Below are positions 15,927 to 24,360 of a DNA stretch of 35,603 bases, piece after piece; the first letter of the stretch is position 1, and each line of letters starts with the position of its first letter. The stretch is taken from the IMG/VR virus record IMGVR_UViG_3300005663_000039; one strand, given 5' to 3'. Source of the stretch: an uncultured virus (IMG/VR IMGVR_UViG_3300005663_000039). Lineage: Duplodnaviria > Heunggongvirae > Uroviricota > Caudoviricetes. The position numbers and the translations under genes are program-made. Under the pieces are notes generated by a model. That model had not been told where the DNA came from. It ran no database searches and saw only the letters and a list, made by a program, of their open reading frames with translations.

Positions 15927-16024
15927 GACCATGGCTGGTGGTGGCAGTGACCCTGCTGATGGTAACATTCTTAATTGCGTTAATGTATCTTGGGTTCATG
16001 ATGCTGACCGCCCCAAGGATGTGA
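15923..16024 (+). CDS. 33-aa membrane peptide
   Basis: ATGA and TGATG overlaps; MRPWLVVAVTLLMVTFLIALMYLGFMMLTAPRM. Confidence 0.5.
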   Translation: MRPWLVVAVTLLMVTFLIALMYLGFMMLTAPRM

Positions 16025-16275
16025 TGGCCAAGAACCCATTCTGCCCCAAGCCCCGAGATGACGACGACTTTCACTGCGGCCATGAGATCCACCGGCACCA
16101 TAGAACGATAGGCGAGGCCACAACGCGGCTAACGGCCCGGTGCTGCTGGTGCGACGCGCTCGTGGAGGTAACGTTCTCCATCGTAAAGATCGCCTTCCCT
16201 GGCCACGGCATGGGGAGCGCGTACGAGGATAAGGTCTGGGATCTGCCGCTCGGCTGGCACAAGGGTGATGCCTAG
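16024..16275 (+). CDS. Cys/His-rich hypothetical protein
   Basis: TGATG overlap; FCP...HCGH...RCCWC...GHG. Confidence 0.6.
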   Translation: MAKNPFCPKPRDDDDFHCGHEIHRHHRTIGEATTRLTARCCWCDALVEVTFSIVKIAFPGHGMGSAYEDKVWDLPLGWHKGDA

Positions 16276-16608
16276 GTGGCCAAGCTGAGGACGGAGCGCG
16301 TGCTGAGCGCCGGCCGCTTCGAGGTCCGGCTCCACGACAGCGAGGACCGCGTGACGCTCTCCCATAGGAAGGAACGGGTGGTCGTCCTCAGGCGAAAGAC
16401 CCTGGAGCGGCTCCGCGACCTGCTGACCCCAAGCCCTCGCGGAACAAAGAACCCCCCTGAACCGATGCCGCTGGTTCAGGGGGCCGACCGCGCCGCTGGG
16501 GACAGGAGAGTCCTAGCGCACGATCCTCAACCTCCTCTTCTCGCGCCTAAGCATCGCGGCCCAGGCCTCGGTGTACTCGTCGAGAGGCTCGATCACGCGG
16601 CCCGCTAG
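16276..16608 (+). CDS. Hypothetical protein; 3' half doubtful
   Basis: First ~50 codons look coding; the rest runs through a terminator and into the opposing gene. Confidence 0.35.
   Translation: MAKLRTERVLSAGRFEVRLHDSEDRVTLSHRKERVVVLRRKTLERLRDLLTPSPRGTKNPPEPMPLVQGADRAAGDRRVLAHDPQPPLLAPKHRGPGLGVLVERLDHAAR
16443..16483 (-). terminator. Rho-independent terminator of the leftward operon
   Basis: Perfect 11-bp stem CCCCCTGAACC/GGTTCAGGGGG, followed on the minus strand by GTTCTTTGTT; lies at the convergence point. Confidence 0.75.
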
Positions 16609-16788
16609 AAGCTGGTTCGTGGGAACCTCGAGCATGTTCCCGTCACCATCGTCGTACACCCAGGTCGTCTCCCCTGATTCCTCGACTAGGATGACCGGCT
16701 CCTCGTCAAAGCCTTCTGCCTTGTCAACCTTTAGAAGGACCACCATCCCGGTCTCGAGAAACCCGAACCGCGTCGGAAGATCACTCAT
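16513..16788 (-). CDS. Hypothetical protein
   Basis: Last gene of the minus-strand chain; overlaps upstream stop. Confidence 0.7.
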   Translation of the reverse strand: MSDLPTRFGFLETGMVVLLKVDKAEGFDEEPVILVEESGETTWVYDDGDGNMLEVPTNQLLAGRVIEPLDEYTEAWAAMLRREKRRLRIVR

Positions 16789-16963
16789 GGTGGGCCTCGT
16801 AGATCGCTCGCTGGACGCGTGGCGGCTCCTTGGCCAGCTCTGGCGTGCGCTCGCCCTCGGTTCTGCTCTGGAGCGGCTCCGCGTAGCCCAGCTCGCACTG
16901 GGCTGCCTCTAGGAGCGTAGCGGGTCGTGGCCTGAACATCGGGATCTGGTCGCCTCTAGCCAT
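16781..16963 (-). CDS. Hypothetical protein
   Basis: GAGGAG RBS; overlaps both neighbours. Confidence 0.55.
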   Translation of the reverse strand: MARGDQIPMFRPRPATLLEAAQCELGYAEPLQSRTEGERTPELAKEPPRVQRAIYEAHHE

Positions 16964-17204
16964 CGGTCTCTCTCCTCGTTCTCAGGGTCTCGTAGATCTC
17001 TCTCTTGGCGGCCCGACCGTCGTACAGTCGGGCCCGGTAGGTCAGCGGGTTCTCACGTCCCGCCATCACGAGGGTCTCGTACGCGCTGAGGCTCGTCTCC
17101 TGCGCCTTGACGACCGCCTCCTCCTCGGTGACGGCCGTCCACTCCTCGCCGTCCTCCCTCAGCCACGCGCCGCCCGTCCGGGCGCACCACACGCCCCAGC
17201 TCAC
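16956..17204 (-). CDS. Hypothetical protein
   Basis: GTGA overlap with GGAGG RBS; MSWGVWCARTGGAWL... Confidence 0.65.
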   Translation of the reverse strand: MSWGVWCARTGGAWLREDGEEWTAVTEEEAVVKAQETSLSAYETLVMAGRENPLTYRARLYDGRAAKREIYETLRTRRETDG

Positions 17205-17365
17205 GACCGCCTCCGTAGGGGCCACGTGTAGGATGCGATGAGGCAGTCGCACGTGCCGTCGTCCAGGAGAGCGTCGTGCAGGGGCGTCGTCGCGGCGCAG
17301 AGGATCCGGCCGCTGGGGTACGCCTTCCATGGATGTCCGTCTCGGTCCGTCGTCATCGTCGGCAT
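17201..17365 (-). CDS. Small hypothetical protein
   Basis: GGGAG RBS before ATG 17365. Confidence 0.5.
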   Translation of the reverse strand: MPTMTTDRDGHPWKAYPSGRILCAATTPLHDALLDDGTCDCLIASYTWPLRRRS

Positions 17366-17382
17366 CAGTCTGTCTCCCGGCA

Positions 17383-17622
17383 CTAGTGGTTGTAGACCGT
17401 CTCAAGCCCCCTCCCGGTTGTTCCAGGCTTCCACTCTCGGCCGTCCTCGGTCCAGTCCAGCCTCACATCGGTGGCCTCTACAAAATTGTAGCCACCGAGT
17501 TCCTCACCGGCTCTTGTCAAAGCCTCTTGTAAACCCACCTCCGGGTCGTTGGCCTGAACCGTGATGTCGAACTCCAGGGTCACCGTGAACCGGCACCGTA
17601 CGTCGCCGCTAGATCGGCTCAT
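17383..17622 (-). CDS. Hypothetical protein
   Basis: AAGGAGG RBS; MSRSSGDVRCRFTVTLEFDITV... Confidence 0.6.
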   Translation of the reverse strand: MSRSSGDVRCRFTVTLEFDITVQANDPEVGLQEALTRAGEELGGYNFVEATDVRLDWTEDGREWKPGTTGRGLETVYNH

Positions 17623-18184
17623 AGTCGCAGCCCTCCTTGTGTCCGGCGGCTCGTCGACAGATCTGGAGACCCAGGTCGCTGTCGTGGGCCGCGCCGCAGA
17701 TCCCGCCGCCCGTGCGCAGGTGTAGGCGACACATGTCATGGCCCTCGGCCGCGGACCGCTTACAGCGCCAGCCCTCCTTGGTGCGAGCCCTACACTGCCC
17801 TGGCTCGTAGTCCGGCGGCAAGGCGTCAAGGATAGCCTTCGATCGACAGGACGGGCAGGCCCAGGTCGTCGAGTCGCTCTGGAGCCAGCCCGCCTCGACC
17901 GCCAGTTGTACTGACGGAGAGAAGGTGAACACCGCCTCGCAGTTGTGGCAGACCACTCCGACCTCGGGAGCGAAGAACGGCTCCACCGCCTCCTCGTACG
18001 TCAGCCCCGGCTCGTGCGTGATGTTCTCGGCCTCGCCGCTCAGGACCCGGAACGCGGTGACGATCTGGCGGCACTCCTTGCACTCCAGGACGTGGGCGCC
18101 GTTGGGTCCGAGCCGCAGCCACGTGCCGGCGCCGGGGTGGCAGACCGCGTGGAGGTAGACCCAGTCCGACGCCTGGGCTACCAT
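17609..18184 (-). CDS. Multi zinc-finger protein
   Basis: GGAGG RBS; HAVCH...CKEC, CHNC...CPSC, CRARTKEGWRC...CRLH and a further Cys/His module. Confidence 0.75.
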   Translation of the reverse strand: MVAQASDWVYLHAVCHPGAGTWLRLGPNGAHVLECKECRQIVTAFRVLSGEAENITHEPGLTYEEAVEPFFAPEVGVVCHNCEAVFTFSPSVQLAVEAGWLQSDSTTWACPSCRSKAILDALPPDYEPGQCRARTKEGWRCKRSAAEGHDMCRLHLRTGGGICGAAHDSDLGLQICRRAAGHKEGCDYEPI

Positions 18185-18588
18185 CTCGGCCTCCTCCGTT
18201 CCAGGAACTCTCGGCTCCAGCTGCCCTGCCAGTCGCACCGGCCGCCGAACTTCCGGTGAAGCTTGGTCATCAGCGGAAGGTTGTCCTCGCACAGCTCGTG
18301 CCAGACCACGGACCAGCGGCTCCCGACCGGGTGCCGGAGGATGAACGCGTCCCCCTGAACCACGGCGACGCGACGAGGGTCAAGGTACGGGGCCACGTGG
18401 GCGATCACGTCGCGGTCCAGCTCCACCACCGTGACGCGTTCCGCGCCGGCCTGAAGTGCCATCCTGACGGCGCGGCCCTCCAGGGCGTAGTGCATCCGGC
18501 CCAGGCTCTCCTCCTCCACGGTAAAGCGCTCTCCCTCGGGGATCGCGTCGGCCCGGTAGAGCTCCGGGGTCCATCTCGGCTTGGTCAT
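18178..18588 (-). pseudogene. Internally deleted class I SAM-dependent methyltransferase (spermidine-synthase-like fold)
   Basis: Keeps VTVVELDRDVI and VVQGDAF but has no glycine-rich motif I; frame remains open. Confidence 0.55.
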
Positions 18589-18603
18589 CTGTCTGTCTCC
18601 TGT

Positions 18604-18987
18604 CTAGAGTAGCTCGTACAGCCTCGTGAACCACCAGGCCAGGAACCGCCTGCTCCACTCGTTGTCCGTGAGTGGTACGACGTCGTAGGTGCCCACCGTC
18701 AGGTCCGAACCGAAGGGCAGCCAGGTCCCTGGGCACTCCTCAGCCGCCAGCTTGCTCACGAACAGGTAGTTGTGCGCCTCCCTACGGGGGATGCCAAAGT
18801 CATCCAGGTGAGAAGCCACGTCGGTGCCCAGGGGGACCGCCAGCAGGGTGTACCTGGTCGCGTCCCCGGGCTCCAGGAGCACCACCTGAGGCGTGCCTCG
18901 GCGCATGAGCCGAAGCATGTCCAGGGTGGTGATGTTGATTGGCTCGAACCTCATCGGCTTGCCGTTGTACTCGATCGGGTCGGTCAT
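18604..18987 (-). CDS. Hypothetical protein, paralogue of 707-1090
   Basis: 85 of 127 residues identical by hand count, no gaps. Confidence 0.9.
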   Translation of the reverse strand: MTDPIEYNGKPMRFEPINITTLDMLRLMRRGTPQVVLLEPGDATRYTLLAVPLGTDVASHLDDFGIPRREAHNYLFVSKLAAEECPGTWLPFGSDLTVGTYDVVPLTDNEWSRRFLAWWFTRLYELL

Positions 18988-19097
18988 AGCTCAAGCTCCA
19001 GCGCGGCGACGAACTTGCCGACGCCGATCGCGACGACGATGATCACCTTGACGATAGCGTTCATGAACTCCGCCATCACGGTTTCCGTCTTGTTCAT
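18984..19097 (-). CDS. 37-aa hydrophobic peptide
   Basis: GAGGA RBS, ATGA overlap; AIVKVIIVVAIGVGKFVAAL. Confidence 0.5.
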   Translation of the reverse strand: MNKTETVMAEFMNAIVKVIIVVAIGVGKFVAALELEL

Positions 19098-19120
19098 GGG
19101 TCTGTCCTCTGTCTGAAGGA

Positions 19121-19147
19121 GGGGGAGGACCGGGCTGGCCCTCCCCC
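19121..19147 (-). terminator. GC-rich hairpin after the DUF932 gene (weak terminator or processing site)
   Basis: Minus strand GGGGGAGGGCC-AGCCC-GGTCCTCCCCC followed by TCCTTC. Confidence 0.45.
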
Positions 19148-19162
19148 GCACGTGGGCGCGTC

Positions 19163-20140
19163 CTAGTTCTTCGCCGCGATCTCCAGCAGCGCGCGACGCG
19201 TCCGGTTCTTCACGGCCTCGCCGCCGCCGAGCCACGCGTACGCCAGCCGGTTGTTGACCGACCGCCCGTACTCGTGGTCCAGGTACTGCGTGACGGCGTT
19301 GAGCAGGCCCCACGCGGTGCCCGAGGCGGACGGCAGGTCAGCGCCCATCCCCTCGCCCCAGAAGAGGTCGAGGACGCGACGCGTGCGCCGGTTCTGCGCC
19401 TCGTACTCGGGGTTCTCGGGGTCGCCCCGCATGACGCCGGCGGCGACCCTGATCGCGATGGGGTCCTCCAGCCCCGTCTTGCTCAGGAGCCTCGCCTCCT
19501 TCTCCGCGGCCTTCAGCTGCTCGCGAGCGATCCCGAGCCGACGCTTGGCCTCCTCCTGCCGCTCCTCGTTGAACTCCTTGTTGTGCCAGAGCCGGACGGA
19601 CTCGTTGCCGTCCCTGAGGGCGGCCGTCGCGGTGTTCCAGCAGACGACGCGCACCTCGGTCATCTTCAGGATGGCGGCCTTCCCGTAGAGGTGAGGGTTC
19701 AAGAGGAGCACCTTCCCCTGGACCTGGTCGGGGTTCCTCTTCGTCCCGACGTCGTAGCCGACGCCGAGGTCCGCCAGGGCCCAGACGTGCTGGCCGCCGT
19801 TCAGGCTGCCCACGGTCTCGATCACCGCGTCGCCCAGCTCCACGTACTCCTGGAAGAACGACAGGATCTCGTGGTTCTGGAAGGGCTGGTACTTCGGGCC
19901 GACCATGCTGAGGTCCTCGCCCGTGTCCGTCCGGTACAGGACCTGGATCTGGTCCGACGTCCGATACCTCTTCTTCCCCCTGAACGTGTACTCCCACTTG
20001 GCCTTGGCGGTGGCCACCTCCCAGTCCAGGCCGGCCGCCTTGAGCATGGCGTCGGCGCTGACGCCGGGCTTCACCTTCTCGCCCAGCCCGTGCCACGGGA
20101 CCTGGCCGACGTAGGCCATTGACTCGACTGCTGCGGGCAT
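19163..20140 (-). CDS. DUF932 family phage/plasmid protein (TIGR03299-like)
   Basis: VESMAYVGQVPWHGLG, AGLDWEV, YQPFQN, RVVCWNT, GTAWGLLNAVTQY; GAGGAGG RBS. Confidence 0.9.
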   Translation of the reverse strand: MPAAVESMAYVGQVPWHGLGEKVKPGVSADAMLKAAGLDWEVATAKAKWEYTFRGKKRYRTSDQIQVLYRTDTGEDLSMVGPKYQPFQNHEILSFFQEYVELGDAVIETVGSLNGGQHVWALADLGVGYDVGTKRNPDQVQGKVLLLNPHLYGKAAILKMTEVRVVCWNTATAALRDGNESVRLWHNKEFNEERQEEAKRRLGIAREQLKAAEKEARLLSKTGLEDPIAIRVAAGVMRGDPENPEYEAQNRRTRRVLDLFWGEGMGADLPSASGTAWGLLNAVTQYLDHEYGRSVNNRLAYAWLGGGEAVKNRTRRALLEIAAKN

Positions 20141-20161
20141 GATCCGCCTCCTCTCGATGTG

Positions 20162-20282
20162 GTGGTCTACTGTCTAAGATTGAAAGATACCACCTCCAGA
20201 CGTGTACGGACATAGTGCCGGTTTACAAGTGGCCAGGCGCGGTGTATGATGGTCCTCCGTTGCTACCCAGACAGCAGACCAC
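20162..20282. promoter_or_regulatory. Divergent promoter region bounded by an inverted repeat
   Basis: Rightward TTTACA (20222-20227)-17 nt-TATGAT (20245-20250); leftward extended -10 TGGTATCTT; AGACAGYAGACCAC on both strands (20162-20175 and 20269-20282). Confidence 0.7.
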
Positions 20283-20287
20283 GCCTC

Positions 20288-22060
20288 ATGATCCGCATCG
20301 AAAAGTTCGGGAACAACCTGGCGCTCGTCTCGCCCATCGAGGCGGTCAGCCTGGCGCGCTCACTCCCCGACCGCCGGTACTGGAAACCGGACTACGCGGA
20401 GGGCAACGGCGCCTGGATCTTCGTGCCCAGCGGGCCCAACGTGACCCGGGCGCTGGAGGCGTTCCCCGCCGCCGCCTGGTCCGAGCCCGCGGCCGCCATC
20501 CGCGAGAAGGTCGTCAAGCAGCAGGCCCACTCGGACGTGCTCCGGGAGAGCCGCAAGCAGGGGCTGCGGGCGCCCGACTTCAAGTTCAGCACCCGCCTCC
20601 CGCCGTTCGAGCACCAGGAGGAGGTCTTCGCCCTGAGCCGGGACCTGCCCGAGTTCGCCCTCTTCATGGAGATGGGCACGGGCAAGACGCGCATCGAGGT
20701 GGACACGGGCACGTACCTGCGAGCCAAGGGCGAGATCGCCGGGGTCCTCGTCGTCTGCCCCAACTCCGTCAAGGACACCTGGGAGGAGGAGGTCGCGCTG
20801 ATGGCGCCGGAGTGGTCCTCCCACGAGGTGGTGATCTGGTCGGCCCAGGCGAGGCGGGCCCAGCGCGACCGGATCGCCGCGTTCCTAACGGTAGACGCTC
20901 ACCCGAGCCCCGCTCTCAGGTGGTTCGTCGTCAACGTCGAGGGGCTCAGCTCCGACCGCGCCTACGAGGCCTGCGAGCGGTTCCTCCAGCTCCACCGCTG
21001 CCTGATGATCGTGGACGAGTCCAGCCGGATCAAGACGCCCAAGGCGAAGCGCACGAAGAACGTGATCAAGCTGGGCCAGCTGGCCGCCTACCGGCGCGTG
21101 ATGAGCGGGACGCCCGTCACCCAGGGCCCGCTCGACCTGTACACCCAGTTCAAGTTCCTCGACCCGGGCATCCTCGGCTTCTCCAGCTTCTACACGTTCC
21201 GGAACCGGTACGCCGTCATGGGCGGGTTCAACCTCAAGCAGGTCGTCGGCTACGCCAACCTCGAGGAGCTGGTCGAGATCATCGAGCCCTACTCCTACCG
21301 GGTCACGCGGGCCGAGTGCATCGACCTCCCGCCGAAGGTCTTCGAGCGGCTCCACGTCGACCTCGGCAAGGAGCAGCGCGTCGCCTACGACCAGATGAAG
21401 GCGGACATGTTCACCGACGTCGTGACGCGGCGGGAGGCGGTCCAGCGGGTGTCCGTCACGATCGTCCTCACCCAGCTCCTCCGGCTCCAGCAGATCGTCG
21501 GCGGCTTCCTGCCGATCACGACGTACAACGACCTGACCGAGCTGGAGGAGACCCACGTCGAGCCGATCCTGGGGACCAACGCGAAGATCGTCGCGCTGAT
21601 GGAGTTCCTCGAGGACCTGGCCGAGACGAGCAAGGTGATCATCTGGGCCCGGTTCCGGGCGGAAATCGCGCTGATCGCCGACGGCCTGGCGGCGCGGTGG
21701 GGCGAGGACGCCGTGACCCAGTTCCACGGCGGCACCAGCACCGTCCTCCGCACGGCGGGACGCAAGCGCTTCCAGGACCTGGCCAGCCCGACCCGGTTCT
21801 TCGTCGGGCAGACCGAGACGGGCGGGCTCGGCATCACCCTGACCGCGGCCGACACGGTCGTCTACTACAGCAACAGCTTCAACCTGGAGTCGCGCCTCCA
21901 GTCCGAGGACCGGGCCCACCGGATCGGCCAGGACAAGACGGTCACCTACGTCGACCTGGTCGCGCGAGATACCTTAGACAAGAAGGTCCTCGAGACTCTG
22001 CGGTCTAAGAAGAATCTCGCGGACCTGATCACGGGCGACTCATGGCGGGAGTGGATCTAG
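20288..22060 (+). CDS. SNF2-family helicase
   Basis: MEMGTGKT, IVDESS, SGTP, QSEDRAHRIGQ motifs; start placed downstream of the promoter. Confidence 0.93.
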   Translation: MIRIEKFGNNLALVSPIEAVSLARSLPDRRYWKPDYAEGNGAWIFVPSGPNVTRALEAFPAAAWSEPAAAIREKVVKQQAHSDVLRESRKQGLRAPDFKFSTRLPPFEHQEEVFALSRDLPEFALFMEMGTGKTRIEVDTGTYLRAKGEIAGVLVVCPNSVKDTWEEEVALMAPEWSSHEVVIWSAQARRAQRDRIAAFLTVDAHPSPALRWFVVNVEGLSSDRAYEACERFLQLHRCLMIVDESSRIKTPKAKRTKNVIKLGQLAAYRRVMSGTPVTQGPLDLYTQFKFLDPGILGFSSFYTFRNRYAVMGGFNLKQVVGYANLEELVEIIEPYSYRVTRAECIDLPPKVFERLHVDLGKEQRVAYDQMKADMFTDVVTRREAVQRVSVTIVLTQLLRLQQIVGGFLPITTYNDLTELEETHVEPILGTNAKIVALMEFLEDLAETSKVIIWARFRAEIALIADGLAARWGEDAVTQFHGGTSTVLRTAGRKRFQDLASPTRFFVGQTETGGLGITLTAADTVVYYSNSFNLESRLQSEDRAHRIGQDKTVTYVDLVARDTLDKKVLETLRSKKNLADLITGDSWREWI

Positions 22061-22062
22061 CC

Positions 22063-22677
22063 ATGCCGTACGTCGTATATGGGATATACCAGAAAGGTTC
22101 ACTGGTGTACGTCGGGCTGACCAAGCGGCCACTCAAACGTGAGCGTGAGCATAAACGAAAATTCAAGGGCGCAACGTTTAGGAGATTCGTACGGTGCGAT
22201 AGAGCGTATGCGCAGTGGCTTGAGAGGAAGCTCATCGACCTTTGGCGACCGAAGCGGAACCTTAACGCAGGTGGCTCAGGACCGGTGACCTACCGCCATA
22301 GCCCAGAGGCGAAATGTAGAATCAGCGAGGCCGTTAAGGTTCGTGTAGTCACTGACGATACAAGAAACAAAATGAGCGAAGCTGCTTTAAGAAGGCCCCC
22401 GGTATCTGAGGAAACTAGGCGTAAACTTCGTGGGTATAGGCACACCGAAAAAGCAAAAATTTGTATCGGAGAAAAGCTTAGGGGGGTTAAAAAGTCGCTT
22501 GAAGCTCGAAAAAATATGAGCCAATCGGCGCTTAAACGACCGCCTAGAACGCACAGTGACGAGACCCGGCGTCATATGAGTAGGGCGCAGAAGAAAAGGT
22601 TTAACGACCCTGACGCTAAACGCCGTCACCGAGAAGGACAGAGACGGAGACGAACTGCAGAAAAGGAGCGCAAATGA
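22063..22677 (+). CDS. Free-standing GIY-YIG homing endonuclease with NUMOD3 repeats
   Basis: VVYGIY...VYVGLT...R..EH...E...N; repeats of HSPEAKCRIS / SEETRRKL / HSDETRRHMS; AT-rich island. Confidence 0.88.
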   Translation: MPYVVYGIYQKGSLVYVGLTKRPLKREREHKRKFKGATFRRFVRCDRAYAQWLERKLIDLWRPKRNLNAGGSGPVTYRHSPEAKCRISEAVKVRVVTDDTRNKMSEAALRRPPVSEETRRKLRGYRHTEKAKICIGEKLRGVKKSLEARKNMSQSALKRPPRTHSDETRRHMSRAQKKRFNDPDAKRRHREGQRRRRTAEKERK

Positions 22678-23006
22678 AAAAAGGTAGAGTGTTCATTATC
22701 CAGGAGGATTCGCGCAAAAATTTCCTACCCGCTGCTGACTACGGCGAGCTGGTCTTTCTCCTGCCGGCCGGCGACCAGGTGTTCCTCAACGCGGTCCCCA
22801 CGATCCAGAAGATCAGGACCGCGTTGCGAGACTTCAGCGACGACGACTTCATCCTACCCAACGGTGACCCGGCGGGCATTGGGATCGCCTGCGTGGAGGC
22901 AGCGCGTGCCAACGGCGGTCGGTACGCGATGATAAAATTTGACCGCCAGATGAGCAAGGACCGCGGGGTGCCGGTGTATTACGTCGTCCCCTGCAACCAC
23001 GCCTGA
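22674..23006 (+). CDS. Conserved phage replication-module protein
   Basis: AAGGAG RBS; VFIIQE...YGELVFLLP...DFILPNGDP. Confidence 0.8.
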   Translation: MKKGRVFIIQEDSRKNFLPAADYGELVFLLPAGDQVFLNAVPTIQKIRTALRDFSDDDFILPNGDPAGIGIACVEAARANGGRYAMIKFDRQMSKDRGVPVYYVVPCNHA

Positions 23007-23022
23007 AGAGAGGAGGTACAGC

Positions 23023-23496
23023 TTGTTAGACCCACGCACGTTGCTCGCCGAGCACGAAGCTAAGGAGGTTGACCCCGCGAAGGCGTCGGCCGTCTTGGAG
23101 CTGGCTCGGCGCATGGCCACCGCCAAGGACCGTCTGGATGAGCTGACGGACGAGGCGAAGGGGTTGAAAAAGACCTACGACCACATCAGACTGGAGGAGC
23201 TGCCCGACGCCATGCACGAGGCCGGGATGGTCGCGGCCACCGGCAAGGGAGGCTTCACCCTCCAGGACGGGCGGAAGGTCTTCCTCCAGTCTGACATGCA
23301 CGTGGCGCTGCCCGCTGGAGATCGGCCGGCGTTCTACGTCTGGCTGGAGAAGAACGGGCACGGCGATCTACTGGTGGAGCACGTCCACCCGTCGACGCTC
23401 AAGGCGTTCTGCAAGGAGCAGGTCGCCGAGGGCAACGAGCTACCCGCTACGATTACCACCCACCCATTCCTGAAGGCTGTCCTCAGGAAGGCCTAA
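23023..23496 (+). CDS. Conserved phage protein (coiled coil, replication module)
   Basis: GAGGAGG RBS; LPDAM.EAG...WLEKNGHGDL...VHPSTLKAF. Confidence 0.8.
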   Translation: MLDPRTLLAEHEAKEVDPAKASAVLELARRMATAKDRLDELTDEAKGLKKTYDHIRLEELPDAMHEAGMVAATGKGGFTLQDGRKVFLQSDMHVALPAGDRPAFYVWLEKNGHGDLLVEHVHPSTLKAFCKEQVAEGNELPATITTHPFLKAVLRKA

Positions 23497-23523
23497 CACC
23501 ATCACACCTAGGAGAGTTTAGTC

Positions 23524-24354
23524 ATGGCCACACCAAGGAAAAAGAAGCCCGCCAAGAGCGTCGCGAGGAAGAAGACGGACACCGCCATCATCGGCGGCAT
23601 GAGCAGGGGAGAGATGGCGACCGCCTACGCCGGCGCCGGGAGCAAGGAGGTCGGCCAGGCCGAGATGGCCCTGCCGTTCCTCAACATCCTGCAGGCGCTC
23701 AGCCCCCAGGTCGCGAAGAAGGACGACGCCTACGTGGAGGGCGCCGAGCCCGGCATGTTCCACGAGTCCGTGAGCGGCGCCATCTGGGACGGGGACGAGG
23801 GCGTGATGATCATCCCCTGCCACTTCAGCCGCCACATCATCGAGTGGATCAAGCGGAAGGAGGGCGGCGGGTTCGTCGGGCTCCACCCGCCGGACATGCG
23901 GGAGGCCGAGGCCAACTGCAAGGACCTCGACAAGCACGACCTCGTGGACACCCACCAGCAGGCCGTCCTCGTACGGCTGCCGGACGGCAGCTGGAGCGAG
24001 GCCATCTTCCCCCTGAAGATGACGGGGCTCACGCCCTCGCGCCTGTGGAACACGGACATCGGCCGCCAGCGCCGAGAGATCGACGGCGTGGTCCACGCCG
24101 ACCTGCCCCGCTGGTGGAGCGTCTGGAAGGCGACCACCGTGGAGAAGGTCAACGACAAGGGCCGGTTCTTCGTGCTGAAGAAGCCGGAGTGCCAGGTCGA
24201 CCTCTTCGACATGGAGGAGGCGGGCGAGCTGGTGCCCAGAGCCAGGGGCTTCGAGGAGCTGATGGACGCCGGAGCCGGCCAGGTGGACTGGCGCCGGATG
24301 GACGGCGAGGCGATACCCGAGGCAGAGGTCGAAGACGGCGCTCCGGGCTTCTAG
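23524..24354 (+). CDS. Putative ssDNA-binding protein
   Basis: LPFLNILQALSPQV...YVEGAEPG; acidic tail ending in F; lies just before the primase. Confidence 0.65.
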   Translation: MATPRKKKPAKSVARKKTDTAIIGGMSRGEMATAYAGAGSKEVGQAEMALPFLNILQALSPQVAKKDDAYVEGAEPGMFHESVSGAIWDGDEGVMIIPCHFSRHIIEWIKRKEGGGFVGLHPPDMREAEANCKDLDKHDLVDTHQQAVLVRLPDGSWSEAIFPLKMTGLTPSRLWNTDIGRQRREIDGVVHADLPRWWSVWKATTVEKVNDKGRFFVLKKPECQVDLFDMEEAGELVPRARGFEELMDAGAGQVDWRRMDGEAIPEAEVEDGAPGF

Positions 24355-24360
24355 CCTGGG

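Noticed and set aside
707..18987. Diversity-generating retroelement template/variable repeat pair
   Set aside because: Differences are spread over all bases, both copies are intact genes, and no reverse transcriptase is present
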